Source: a virus
Taxonomy: Duplodnaviria; Caudoviricetes
Length of the DNA: 56,326 bases
IMG/VR virus record: IMGVR_UViG_3300018083_000033
Location: 1-56,326 of that record
Direction: 5' to 3' (one strand)
In this document: one piece after another, positions 10,201-19,594 of the stretch
Position numbering within the stretch: the first letter of the stretch is position 1
Layout: each line of letters starts with the position of its first letter
Translations under genes and position numbers: made by a program
The notes under the pieces: generated by a model
The model's input: only the letters and a program-made list of their open reading frames with translations
Databases searched by the model: none
What the model was told of the DNA's origin: nothing

Positions 10201-10641
10201 ATGGGACGTCTCTTTGAGGATGTAAAGACGCAACTGTGCGTCACGCCGACTGCCGGCGCGGCTGGGCAGACCACGATCACGAGTTCGGCGGTGAACACCA
10301 CTGGGTTCGATGGCGTGCGGTTTCTGGTGCTCATCGGCGCGATTACCACGGCCGGCGTGCAGTCAATCAAGGTGCAGTACTCGGACGACGACGCGGCGAC
10401 GGATGCCTATTCGGATGTCGTCGGATCGAGCGTCACGATTGCGGATGACGCCGACGATACGCACATCTACATTGACGTCTATCGACCACAGAAGCAGTAC
10501 CTCAAGGTCGTGATCTCGAGAGCCACGCAGAACTCCACCTTCGGTGGGGTGATCGCTGAGCTCTATAACGCCAGCAAGGTGCCGGTGACGCAGACCGCCA
10601 CTGGCGAGACGCACATCGCGCCTGCCGAGGGCACTGCGTAG
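10201..10641 (+). CDS. Putative capsid cement/decoration protein, paralog 1
   Basis: Directly after the capsid gene, beta-rich, homologous to the next ORF. Confidence 0.6.
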   Translation: MGRLFEDVKTQLCVTPTAGAAGQTTITSSAVNTTGFDGVRFLVLIGAITTAGVQSIKVQYSDDDAATDAYSDVVGSSVTIADDADDTHIYIDVYRPQKQYLKVVISRATQNSTFGGVIAELYNASKVPVTQTATGETHIAPAEGTA

Positions 10642-11111
10642 TGCCGTTTCCGGGCTTTCTGACTGATTTTTCGAAGCCGTGCCAGATCGTGACGACCACG
10701 GCTGGCGCGGCGGCGGCGACGGACATCACATCGTCTGCCGTGGACATGGCCGACTACGACGGGTGCCTGTTTCTGGTGGCGTTCGGGGCCATTGTGACCA
10801 ACGCGGTCACCACGATCAAGCTGCAACAGTCGGACGACTCGGGCGGATCGCCGGACGACTTCTCCGACATCGTGGGCACCAGCCAGACGGTGGCCGACGA
10901 CAAGGACAACACGTCGTTCGTGATCGACTTCCGCCGGCCTCAGAAGCGGTACTTGAAGTTGATTGTGACTCGCGCGACGCAGAACGCCACGGTGGGCGCC
11001 GTGTACGCGATTCCGTACAACAAGGGTTCGCGATCGGCCGATATTTCGGCTGCCGGCACGGCGATCTCAGGGTCGGAACGGTTCCTCAACGTGGCAGAAG
11101 GCACCGCGTAG
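10641..11111 (+). CDS. Putative capsid cement/decoration protein, paralog 2
   Basis: Shares ITSSAV, SDD, RPQK.YLK, RATQN and terminal AEGTA with paralog 1. Confidence 0.6.
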   Translation: MPFPGFLTDFSKPCQIVTTTAGAAAATDITSSAVDMADYDGCLFLVAFGAIVTNAVTTIKLQQSDDSGGSPDDFSDIVGTSQTVADDKDNTSFVIDFRRPQKRYLKLIVTRATQNATVGAVYAIPYNKGSRSADISAAGTAISGSERFLNVAEGTA

Positions 11112-11112
11112 C

Positions 11113-11724
11113 GTGACGAACATGGACTTCGTGCGAACCGTTGATCCGGTGCAAGAGCCGGTCACGGTGAATGACGCGAAGTTGCACTGTCGGGCGTTGA
11201 TCGACGTGAACGATGAGGACTCAATCATCAACACGTATATCCGTGCGGCTCGAGAACTCGGTGAGGGGCGCACGGGCCGCGGTTGGTACACGCAAACGTG
11301 GAAGGCCACGGCGAGCGGGTTCGCCGACGAAATGCCTTTGCAGATGGCGGGGCCACTGCAAAGCGTGACATCGGTCAAGTACTACGACAGCGACGGGGCG
11401 TTACAAACGCTGTCCTCGAGCAATTACACAGTGGACACGGTGAGCACGCCGGGGCGGGTATGTTTGGCGCCTGGCTATACATGGCCGTCGCTGCAAGCGG
11501 ATCGGCGTAGCTGGCGAGTCGAGATTATCTACGTCGTTGGGCAGACATCAGTGGCGGCGATTCCGAGCGCGTTCAAGGTGGGCACGCTACTGATGGTGGA
11601 TCACCTCTACGAAAACCGCTCAGTGGTGCAGGTCGGGGTTGGGATCGGTGCGGTGGAGTTGCCGCTGACGGTTTCGGCCTTCTGGGGCGATCAGGTGTAT
11701 TGGGCGCCTCCGGTGTGCGCGTAA
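11113..11724 (+). CDS. Head-tail connector (adaptor)
   Basis: EPVTVNDAKLHCR...DEDSIINTYIRAAR; LLMVDHLYENR. Confidence 0.88.
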   Translation: MTNMDFVRTVDPVQEPVTVNDAKLHCRALIDVNDEDSIINTYIRAARELGEGRTGRGWYTQTWKATASGFADEMPLQMAGPLQSVTSVKYYDSDGALQTLSSSNYTVDTVSTPGRVCLAPGYTWPSLQADRRSWRVEIIYVVGQTSVAAIPSAFKVGTLLMVDHLYENRSVVQVGVGIGAVELPLTVSAFWGDQVYWAPPVCA

Positions 11725-12090
11725 ATGCCGCAGCCGCGGAGCACGGGCGCGTGGCCGAGCGCGGGCGAGCGCCGAACGAGATGCACGCTGCAGTACGCCA
11801 CGCCCGCCGCAGATGCGATGGGTGGCCGCGGAGAGCCGGTCTGGACGGATTTCGGGACATGGCAAGTGAAGGTGTCCACGGTGCCGGTGATCGCGAGTGA
11901 CACCGAGGCGGTGATTCTCTACCAGGCCGAGGGGCAGTACCGGCAGGACTTGGTGGATCGGTTTAAGGACGGGGTGGGGATTCGCATTGTGACGAACGGG
12001 CTCACGTTGAAGGTGTTTCAGATTGAGAACCCGTTACTGGTGAATCGCACCTTGATTGCCCACTGTGCGGACGCGGTGAATACGCAGTAA
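11725..12090 (+). CDS. Head closure (head-tail joining) protein
   Basis: AGERRTRCTLQ...DAMGG...W pattern and synteny. Confidence 0.7.
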   Translation: MPQPRSTGAWPSAGERRTRCTLQYATPAADAMGGRGEPVWTDFGTWQVKVSTVPVIASDTEAVILYQAEGQYRQDLVDRFKDGVGIRIVTNGLTLKVFQIENPLLVNRTLIAHCADAVNTQ

Positions 12091-12515
12091 TGGCGAGCCG
12101 CACAGAGATTGAGCTCGTAGACGTCAACGGCAGCTTCGCCAAGTTTCTGCGGGAGGCGCCGAAGGTGATGCGCCAGTGCCTCTATGACGCGCTGGACAAG
12201 ACGGCGTTCGCGGTGGGGCAGCGGATGCGGACGAAGGCGCCGGTTGGGCCTGACGCGCCGCACATTCGGGATTACGTGACGCAGAAGCGGCGCGGACTGA
12301 CTGCGCAGGTTGGGTACATCGACGCCACGCAGCCGGCGGGACCAGGGAACACGGCGACGATTGCGGAAGTGGCGCTGTTTAACGAATACATGCCCAACAA
12401 GCAGCCGTTTATGAAGCCAGCCGCACGCGAGGAGGAGGGCAACTTCCTCAAGCGGATGAAGTCGGCGATCGGGCAGGTGGAGCGGGATCTGAGTGGTGGC
12501 GGCGGGCTGCTGTGA
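12090..12515 (+). CDS. HK97 gp10-like neck/tail completion protein
   Basis: KAPVG and KQPFMKPA motifs; synteny. Confidence 0.75.
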   Translation: MASRTEIELVDVNGSFAKFLREAPKVMRQCLYDALDKTAFAVGQRMRTKAPVGPDAPHIRDYVTQKRRGLTAQVGYIDATQPAGPGNTATIAEVALFNEYMPNKQPFMKPAAREEEGNFLKRMKSAIGQVERDLSGGGGLL

Positions 12516-12961
12516 GCGCCACGCGGGTCATTCAGGAGGCGATCTACAGCGTCCTGAGTGCCGACAGCACGTTAGCGGGGTTGTCGCTGACCATCGACGC
12601 GACGACGGGCACATACACGACGGTGGGTGTGTATGACGACGTGCCGGATGGAGCGAGCTTTCCGCATGTGCTCTTTGGCAATACGGACGAACGCCGGTTC
12701 AACGTGTTCGGCGGGCTCACGGTGGGACTTGGGTACGAGGATCGGATTCGCATCCACGCGCGGAGTCGGTATCAGGGCAAGCGCGAGTGCCTCCGCATGA
12801 TGGAACGCATCCGGGTGCTGATTGCGGAATCGCCGCTGGCGGTAAGCGGGTTCAGTTCGGTGATGGTCGAGTTTGAGGACATGAAGACGTTGCGCTTTGA
12901 CCTCGACAAGATTGAAACGCGGGACGCCATCGGGGAGTTCTGCATCACGGTGCAGCCGTGA
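12512..12961 (+). CDS. Tail terminator (DUF3168-like)
   Basis: IQEAIYSVLSAD...VYDDVPDGASFPHV; synteny. Confidence 0.75.
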   Translation: MSATRVIQEAIYSVLSADSTLAGLSLTIDATTGTYTTVGVYDDVPDGASFPHVLFGNTDERRFNVFGGLTVGLGYEDRIRIHARSRYQGKRECLRMMERIRVLIAESPLAVSGFSSVMVEFEDMKTLRFDLDKIETRDAIGEFCITVQP

Positions 12962-13161
12962 CCGAACTGACGTGGATGCAGAGCGCGCACGGTGACGAGG
13001 CCAAGGCGCATCGCTACTGGATTCGCAAGCGTGAGGTGCCGCAGTGGTTGTTCTTTCTTGCTGTTGCGCTGTGGCCCTCGCTGCGTCGGTCCTTTATCGA
13101 GGTTGAGAAGCTGACCATGCGCCACAACGAACGACTGATCGCAGGGGCGCGCGGCCAGTGA
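12958..13161 (+). CDS. Hypothetical protein
   Basis: GTGA-coupled on both sides. Confidence 0.5.
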   Translation: MTELTWMQSAHGDEAKAHRYWIRKREVPQWLFFLAVALWPSLRRSFIEVEKLTMRHNERLIAGARGQ

Positions 13162-13424
13162 GGGATCTCACCATGAGCCACCTCGACATCTTGGAGGCTC
13201 AGTTGCGGTCGGCGCTCTTGGCGATCGACACCATGCGTGAGCACCTGAAGACGTTGCACGCGCACGAGGCGCCGGCAGCGATGCTCGAGGATCCGCGGCC
13301 GGAGCGGTGCCGTGGCTACAGCGAAGAACGCTGCGGGCTAGCGAGCGCGGAAGGTGTCATCCGATCGTTTGGGAGCGCCACGGCGCAGTGCAAAGGGTGC
13401 CGCGAATCGGTGCCGGTTTCGTGA
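13158..13424 (+). CDS. Hypothetical Cys-containing protein
   Basis: Coupled ORF; C-terminal CxxC. Confidence 0.5.
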   Translation: MRDLTMSHLDILEAQLRSALLAIDTMREHLKTLHAHEAPAAMLEDPRPERCRGYSEERCGLASAEGVIRSFGSATAQCKGCRESVPVS

Positions 13425-13435
13425 CGGGAGACGAC

Positions 13436-13651
13436 ATGGCGACGTTCAACTCAGACACCACGGCAGCGCTGCAATCCCTCGACGGGCCGGCGCTGGAGTT
13501 TCTGGTGTTCATTCACGAGGACATGGCCGCGGCGCTCGCGCTGCTCGAGCAGACGGTGCGGTCATCGGATCGCGACGGGTCAGAGGAATTGCGGCGGTTG
13601 AAGGCTTCGCACGCGGTGCGTGCAGGGGTGATCGCCGCGGCGCGCGAGTAA
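13436..13651 (+). CDS. Hypothetical protein
   Basis: GGAG RBS before ATG 13436. Confidence 0.5.
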   Translation: MATFNSDTTAALQSLDGPALEFLVFIHEDMAAALALLEQTVRSSDRDGSEELRRLKASHAVRAGVIAAARE

Positions 13652-13775
13652 TCGCCTGAGGTTCGGCGGGCACGGGTAGCTCCCGGTACGCACTCCCGAG
13701 CGTACACGCCCGCCGAATGTAACCAGCCATCGGGAACCGCACGCAGGGAGGCGTGCAACACGGAGTGAGTGGCCG

Positions 13776-14198
13776 ATGGCGATCCACAGTAAAGAAACCG
13801 TAGTCAAGCTCGACACCTCTGGCGGTGTGCTGACGGACATCAGCACGTATTGCAACAAAGTGGAACTGCCGCAGGAGTTGGACCTCAAGGAAGTGACCGT
13901 GTTCGGGTCGAGCTCGCGGCAGTGGCTCGCTGGCTACACGGACAGCGACGGCAAAATCTCGGGACCGTGGACGCGCGCATCCGATGCGTTCTTTGCCCCG
14001 ATCATGGCGGCGTTTGAGGCTGGGACGCTGGCGAGTGTCTCGCTCGAGTATGCCCCGGAAGGCACGACGGCGAGCGACCGCAAGATCCTCGGCGAAGTGA
14101 TTCTCAAGAACTACCAGGTGTCATCGGACATCGATTCGCCGGTGATGTGGTCGGCGGATGTCAAGGTGACCGGCGGACTGACCCGCACGACCTACTAA
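13776..14198 (+). CDS. Major tail (tube) protein
   Basis: Size, position, EVTVFGSSSRQWLAG and WSADVKVTG patterns. Confidence 0.8.
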   Translation: MAIHSKETVVKLDTSGGVLTDISTYCNKVELPQELDLKEVTVFGSSSRQWLAGYTDSDGKISGPWTRASDAFFAPIMAAFEAGTLASVSLEYAPEGTTASDRKILGEVILKNYQVSSDIDSPVMWSADVKVTGGLTRTTY

Positions 14199-14213
14199 GG
14201 GGGGATGTAGCAC

Positions 14214-14627
14214 ATGTCTGATCTCTCCATTACAGCAGCCAGCGTGGTCCTCGTCTCGGGTCCGACGTTTCAGGCCTCGGCTGGCGAGGCCATCACGGCC
14301 GGCGCGGCGGTGTATACGTCGGCCACGAACACCGTGAAGTTGGCGCAGACGGATGGCACGTTGGCAGAGGCCGCGGCCACCGGGATCGCGTTGAACGGTG
14401 GCGGCACGGGTCAGCCCATTGTGGTGGCTGGCGACGGCGCAACGGTGTCACTGGTTGGCGCCACCACGGCGGTGGGCGTTCTGTACTACGTGAGCAACGC
14501 CGCGGGCGGCATCTGTCCGATCGGCGACATCGGATCGGCAGACAAGGTGACGGCGCTGGGCTACGCCACGAGCGTAGCTGGGGCCTTCACGATCAAGATC
14601 GTGAACACACAGCAAGTGTTGGCGTAA
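14214..14627 (+). CDS. Putative virion structural/decoration protein
   Basis: Ala/Gly/Thr-rich, AGEAITAGAAVY...GIALNG motif common in phage structural proteins. Confidence 0.55.
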   Translation: MSDLSITAASVVLVSGPTFQASAGEAITAGAAVYTSATNTVKLAQTDGTLAEAAATGIALNGGGTGQPIVVAGDGATVSLVGATTAVGVLYYVSNAAGGICPIGDIGSADKVTALGYATSVAGAFTIKIVNTQQVLA

Positions 14628-14689
14628 CACATCGACGGGGCGGGCATGGGAAAGCCCGCCCTACTTCACAGACGGGAGCTGAGGCAAAC

Positions 14690-15097
14690 ATGGCAGTCGA
14701 AGGCGCAAAAGTCGTCCGGGTTGATTTCGCTGAGACCACAGGGGCATTCGCGCGCAAGCCGCGCAAACTCCAGCCCACACATCAGCATATGTCGGAGGCG
14801 CTCGCGGATTCGGGCAAGTCCTTCAGCGAGCTGATCTCGGATCCGTTCAACGGCTACCGCTATCTGCTGCGGGGCATGCTGCGGAAGCAGGAGCCGACGA
14901 TCACCATCAATCAGTGCAGCGCCCTGATCGACAGCTACAGCGAACAGAACGGCGGCATGGCTGGATTGAGCGAAGCCGTCAGTAAGGCGCTGTCCTTGTA
15001 TCTGCACATCGAGATCACCCCCACTGAGGAGGAAGAAGTTGACGGGGAGCGCCCTCCCCTGGCTGGCGAGGCCGAGAGCGAGCCCTCCAGCGTCTAG
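14690..15097 (+). CDS. Tail assembly chaperone (G-like)
   Basis: Between tail tube and tape measure genes; acidic C-terminus. Confidence 0.7.
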   Translation: MAVEGAKVVRVDFAETTGAFARKPRKLQPTHQHMSEALADSGKSFSELISDPFNGYRYLLRGMLRKQEPTITINQCSALIDSYSEQNGGMAGLSEAVSKALSLYLHIEITPTEEEEVDGERPPLAGEAESEPSSV

Positions 15098-15360
15098 CGG
15101 ACTATTTCGAGCGCTCTGAGATCCTCGCGTGGGAAATCGGCGCGGAGTGCGGGTTGCGGTTCTGGGATCTGGAGCCGCGCGATATTTACGCCGCCGCGGC
15201 AGGGTTACAGCAGCGCATCGCGAGTGAGTGGGAGCGGGCCGCGCAGATCGCCGCATGGATCGCGCAGTCCAACGGGTCGAAGGTGACCGCCGATACGCTG
15301 CTCGGCAGTGCCTTTAAGCGGAAGCGGCGGAAGCCGAGCGGGGAGCCTGACGAAGAGTAA
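15043..15360 (+). CDS. Tail assembly chaperone T-like frame (probably reached by frameshift)
   Basis: The -1 frame is open from 15043, overlaps the end of G, contains FWDLEP and abuts the tape measure start. Confidence 0.6.
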   Translation, partial: RGAPSPGWRGRERALQRLADYFERSEILAWEIGAECGLRFWDLEPRDIYAAAAGLQQRIASEWERAAQIAAWIAQSNGSKVTADTLLGSAFKRKRRKPSGEPDEE

Positions 15361-18300
15361 TGGGCACTGTAGCCAATTTAGTCGTCAAGATTTCCGCGAA
15401 CTCGACCGATTTCGAGAAGGGCATCGCCTCTCTCGAAAAGTCGTGGAAGCGCACGGGCGCGCAGCTTCAGTCTGTTGGCGCCTCGCTGACGAAGGCCATC
15501 ACCCTCCCGATGGCCGGGATCGCCCTCGCTACTACCAAAGTGGCAATGGACTTCGACTCGGCGATGACGAAGGTGCGCACCCTCGCATCGGAGTCTGAGG
15601 CCAACATCAAACAACTCAGACAGCAGGTGCTCGATCTCGCTCCGGCGGTAGGCATAGGGCCGACGCAGCTTGCCGAGGCGCTGCTCGTCATTGAATCCAC
15701 GGGCTTTCGCAGCGGGAAGGCGATGGACATCCTCCGCATGTCCGCCGAGGCGTCGGCGATTGGCATGGGCGATGCGAAAGACGTCGCACGGGCCATCACG
15801 GCCACGATCAACGCCTACGGTGCAGCCAACATCACCGCAGCCCAAGCGGCCGACATGCTCACCGCCACCGTAGACGCTGGCGGCGCTGAGGCGGATCAAC
15901 TCGCAGGTGAGCTCGGGCGCGTGGTTGGCGTGGCGGCGCAGCTGGGCGTCAGCTTCGATCAGGTGGGCGCGTTTATCGCCACCTACACCAAGTTGGGATT
16001 GGGAGCCGCCGAGGCCACCACTGGTCTCTCAGGCGTGCTGAACATGATCCTGAACCCGAGCCGCGAGGCGCGCAACGCGCTGGCTGACATTGGGATGTCT
16101 GCGGACGGACTCAGGGCATCCATTAAAGAAAAGGGACTCGGGGAGGCCCTCATCGGATTGCTCGGTAAGGTGAAGGGCAACGGCGATGCGGTGGGCGCGT
16201 TGTTCGGCAACGTGCGCGCGTTGGCTGGCGTCATGGGCACGGCTGGCACTCAGGCGAACACTTATCGACAGGTCCTCGACCAGATTCAGCACTCGACCGG
16301 CACGCTCAACGACCGCTTCGACATCTGGCGTAAGACGACCGCGGCGACGTGGGCCGAGTTCAAGGCGCAGGTGCAGGTTGCGGCGATCTCGCTCGGGACA
16401 CAGCTCGCCCCGGCCTTCTCGAAAGTGCTGATCGCGGCTGGGCCGCTGTTTGATCTGTTCGGCGCGTTCATGAGGTTTTTCGCTGGCCTGCCGGGGCCGA
16501 TTCAGACTGTTGCGATCGGCTTGCTGGCGGTGGCCGCGGCGGCTGGCCCTGTGACCTACGCATGGGGCGCGATGATGTCAGCCGGGAGCGGCGTGGCGTC
16601 TGTGCTGAGGCTGATTCCTGGCGTGTCTACGGTGGCAGGGACGGCGATCACGGCGCTCGGCGGATCGGTGATTGGCGTGCTTGGCCCGCTGGGTGCGTTT
16701 CTCGCTGCGTGGGCCGGCGTCAAGATGATTGCCGACTCAAGTTCGTTCCAGCATTGGGCGACGACATCGGCATCGTTTCCGGCGGCGATGGTGCGCTCGG
16801 TGAGCAGCATCGGTCAAGGCCAGACGTTTGAGCGACTGACCGAGGCGCAGTTCGCTGCGGCGCGTGCGGGTGGTCAAGCGCCTGCCTCTGGCGCGATGGG
16901 GCCAGCGCTGCCGGCCGAGTTTTTAGCACACGCCACGGCGAATGCCATCGCCCAGCCACCTGTCGTGTCGTCCGCAAAGCAGCAAGAGGCCGAAGCGCGA
17001 TTGAAGCGGATCGCCGATCGTCACGACGACCTGTCTGGCGCGAAGGCGCGGAGCGCGGCCCTTGAAGAAGTGGCGGCGCTGAAAGGGATCGACCTCTCGA
17101 AAAAGACGGCCGAGCAACTCAAACACGAGCACGACATTCTCGATGAGGGCATTCGGGCCTACGGCGACAAAGCGCCGAAGGCCATGCAGGACTTAGAAGC
17201 CGCCACCCGCCCCAACATCGACATGCTCGCCAACGTCGGCGACGAGATGAAGAACATCGCCTCGCTGGCTGGCAGTGGCCTGACCGATGCGATGAAGGCC
17301 GTCACAGAGCCGTTCCTCGGCGAGTCGCTGGATATGTCCTCGATGCAGAACATTGAGGAAGTCATCGCGAGCGACGCGGAGTTCGCGGACGGGATCCACA
17401 AACTTGGGCAGGCTGTCCACGAAGAGGCGCTGAAACAGGCGCGCGACATCGAGGCGCTGGGATCGGCCTTCGTCAACTTCGGGCAGACACTCGGCGGGAT
17501 CTCTGGCGGCGTCATCGGCAGCATCGGCGGGATCGTGCAGGCGTTCGGGCAGTTCCAGCAGACCGGCGGGCCGCAAGGGCTCATGCAAAAGGCCACGGCG
17601 CTCACGCAAGCGGCCGGGGCCATCTGGGCGAACACGACAGCCGGCGGCAGTGCCGGCACGAATGCCCTCAAGGGTGCTGCGGCTGGAGCTCAGGCGGGGA
17701 TGGCGTTCGGGCCGTATGGGGCCGCGGTGGGCGCTGGCGTGGGTGCGCTTGTCGGGTTTGTGAAGTCGCGCATCGTGAGCAAGGACGAGAAGGACGCGCG
17801 CAAGGAAGCGCTCGCGTTCCAAGACGAACTGCTTGCGAAGTTCCAGGCGACGGCCACGGCGTCATCGCTCGCTGAGGCTGGCGGCGAGCGGTGGCGCGCG
17901 GTCAATATCTCAGTTCGGGATGCGTATCTGGCGATCGGTAAGTCCGAACAGGACGCCATGCGGGACTTGGCGCGGTTCAATGACGCCACGCACGTCTCAG
18001 CGGAGGCCGTGCAGTCTGCTGCGGCAGTGCTCGCCGCGGCGTTTGACGAGCAGGCCGCAGACGCCGAACGGCTGACGAACGCGATCAAGGCATACGGCTT
18101 TGAGTTCTCAGAGCTCGGCAAGCAGTTCCAGCAGAAGGATCTGAACAACCAGGCGAAGGAACTGGTGGAGGACTGGCGCGTCCTCGTGGCCTCCGGGATC
18201 AGCATGTCGGTCGTCAACGACCACATGGCCGGGGCGATGAATCAGTACCTTCAGTCAGCTCTGGCTGTAGGGGCTGAAGTGCCGGCGGCGATGGCGCCGA

Positions 18301-18851
18301 TCCTCAAGTCGTTTGCGGACCAAGGGTTACTGGTTGATGGCGCGGGCAACAAGATCACGGACCTGACCGCGGCCGGCGTGGTGTTCTCGGAAACGATGAC
18401 GGCGGGCTTTGACCGCGTGATCCTAAAGCTGGATCAGTTGATTAACTCGCTGATTGCTGCGGGAACTGCCATCGATCCGATTGCTCAGAGCGCGGTGGCG
18501 CAAGCGGCGGGCGCGAATCTGCCGACTGTCAATGCCCCGGCTGTCTCAGTGGTGCCCACGGACAACGCCACGCCCACTGGCGGGACGGCTGTTCGGCGTG
18601 TCCCAGCAATGGCGGCTGGCGGGATTGTGCGGCGTCCCACGCTGGCGATGATTGGCGAGAGTGGGCCAGAGGCGGTAGTGCCGCTGAGCGGGCACGGCGG
18701 CGGCATGGGCGGGCTCACGGTCATCTTCCAAGGCGACGTGTTCGACGCGCAGGCCACCAAGGACAAGATCGCCGCGTGGTACCACGACGCGGTTGAGACG
18801 AGCGGGAAGTCGCGTAGCAAGGCGCGGCAGCTTGGCTTGGTGGGCGCCTGA
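15360..18851 (+). CDS. Tape measure protein (TP901-like)
   Basis: 1163 aa Ala/Gly-rich; ANLVVKISA N-terminus, DFDSAM, C-terminal MAAGGIV.RPTLAMIGESGPEAVVPL. Confidence 0.95.
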   Translation: MGTVANLVVKISANSTDFEKGIASLEKSWKRTGAQLQSVGASLTKAITLPMAGIALATTKVAMDFDSAMTKVRTLASESEANIKQLRQQVLDLAPAVGIGPTQLAEALLVIESTGFRSGKAMDILRMSAEASAIGMGDAKDVARAITATINAYGAANITAAQAADMLTATVDAGGAEADQLAGELGRVVGVAAQLGVSFDQVGAFIATYTKLGLGAAEATTGLSGVLNMILNPSREARNALADIGMSADGLRASIKEKGLGEALIGLLGKVKGNGDAVGALFGNVRALAGVMGTAGTQANTYRQVLDQIQHSTGTLNDRFDIWRKTTAATWAEFKAQVQVAAISLGTQLAPAFSKVLIAAGPLFDLFGAFMRFFAGLPGPIQTVAIGLLAVAAAAGPVTYAWGAMMSAGSGVASVLRLIPGVSTVAGTAITALGGSVIGVLGPLGAFLAAWAGVKMIADSSSFQHWATTSASFPAAMVRSVSSIGQGQTFERLTEAQFAAARAGGQAPASGAMGPALPAEFLAHATANAIAQPPVVSSAKQQEAEARLKRIADRHDDLSGAKARSAALEEVAALKGIDLSKKTAEQLKHEHDILDEGIRAYGDKAPKAMQDLEAATRPNIDMLANVGDEMKNIASLAGSGLTDAMKAVTEPFLGESLDMSSMQNIEEVIASDAEFADGIHKLGQAVHEEALKQARDIEALGSAFVNFGQTLGGISGGVIGSIGGIVQAFGQFQQTGGPQGLMQKATALTQAAGAIWANTTAGGSAGTNALKGAAAGAQAGMAFGPYGAAVGAGVGALVGFVKSRIVSKDEKDARKEALAFQDELLAKFQATATASSLAEAGGERWRAVNISVRDAYLAIGKSEQDAMRDLARFNDATHVSAEAVQSAAAVLAAAFDEQAADAERLTNAIKAYGFEFSELGKQFQQKDLNNQAKELVEDWRVLVASGISMSVVNDHMAGAMNQYLQSALAVGAEVPAAMAPILKSFADQGLLVDGAGNKITDLTAAGVVFSETMTAGFDRVILKLDQLINSLIAAGTAIDPIAQSAVAQAAGANLPTVNAPAVSVVPTDNATPTGGTAVRRVPAMAAGGIVRRPTLAMIGESGPEAVVPLSGHGGGMGGLTVIFQGDVFDAQATKDKIAAWYHDAVETSGKSRSKARQLGLVGA

Positions 18852-19594
18852 TGGCGTTCCTATATTTGTCGGCCGCAAATCAAGTCAGCCTGTTCGCAGG
18901 CGTCTCGGCCACCGTGGACAGCGACTACACCGACGACTGGCTGTGCGATGGGCGTGTGCTCCGGCCCATCAGGGGCACCGGCACCTCGTTCTCAGCCACC
19001 ATCACGCCGCTGGCAGCCGGGGCGGTGAACTTCGCGGCGGTGAGCCATCACAACCTGAGCGTGGGCGTGGTGCTCGGCGCGGACCTGACCGGCACCATCC
19101 CAGCGGCTACACTCGACGGCGACGGGACGCGCTACAACAGCTTTCTCTCGTTTACCTCTGTGCTAGGCGTGGACAGCGTGACGATTGCGGTCACATCCAG
19201 TTCGGCCACGGTCATCATCGGCGAAATCTTCTTCGGCACCGCCACGACCCTCACTGGCCCGTTCTATCGGGACATGAGTTTCGAGGATCACGATCACGCG
19301 CGGCCGAGCGACAACGACATCAGCGATCTGACCGGCTATGACGACGCCACCGAAGGCGGGCGCTCTGTCTCGTTCCAGTGGCCGGTGCTTTCCACATCAG
19401 ATCGCGATGGGCTGCGAGCCTGTTTCAAGGCACAGCGCAACCGCACTCGGCCCACGCTGATTGTGCCGGATTCGTCAGTCAATGACGTGCTGGTGGGCTA
19501 CATCACGAAGGTGAGTTACAAGCCGTCTGATGTGCCGAACAAGTGGGAAGTCTCGATCAGCTTTGACGAGATCCCGCGAAGGCGCTGGCCGTAA
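18851..19594 (+). CDS. Putative distal tail protein
   Basis: First gene after the tape measure; beta-rich. Confidence 0.55.
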   Translation: MAFLYLSAANQVSLFAGVSATVDSDYTDDWLCDGRVLRPIRGTGTSFSATITPLAAGAVNFAAVSHHNLSVGVVLGADLTGTIPAATLDGDGTRYNSFLSFTSVLGVDSVTIAVTSSSATVIIGEIFFGTATTLTGPFYRDMSFEDHDHARPSDNDISDLTGYDDATEGGRSVSFQWPVLSTSDRDGLRACFKAQRNRTRPTLIVPDSSVNDVLVGYITKVSYKPSDVPNKWEVSISFDEIPRRRWP

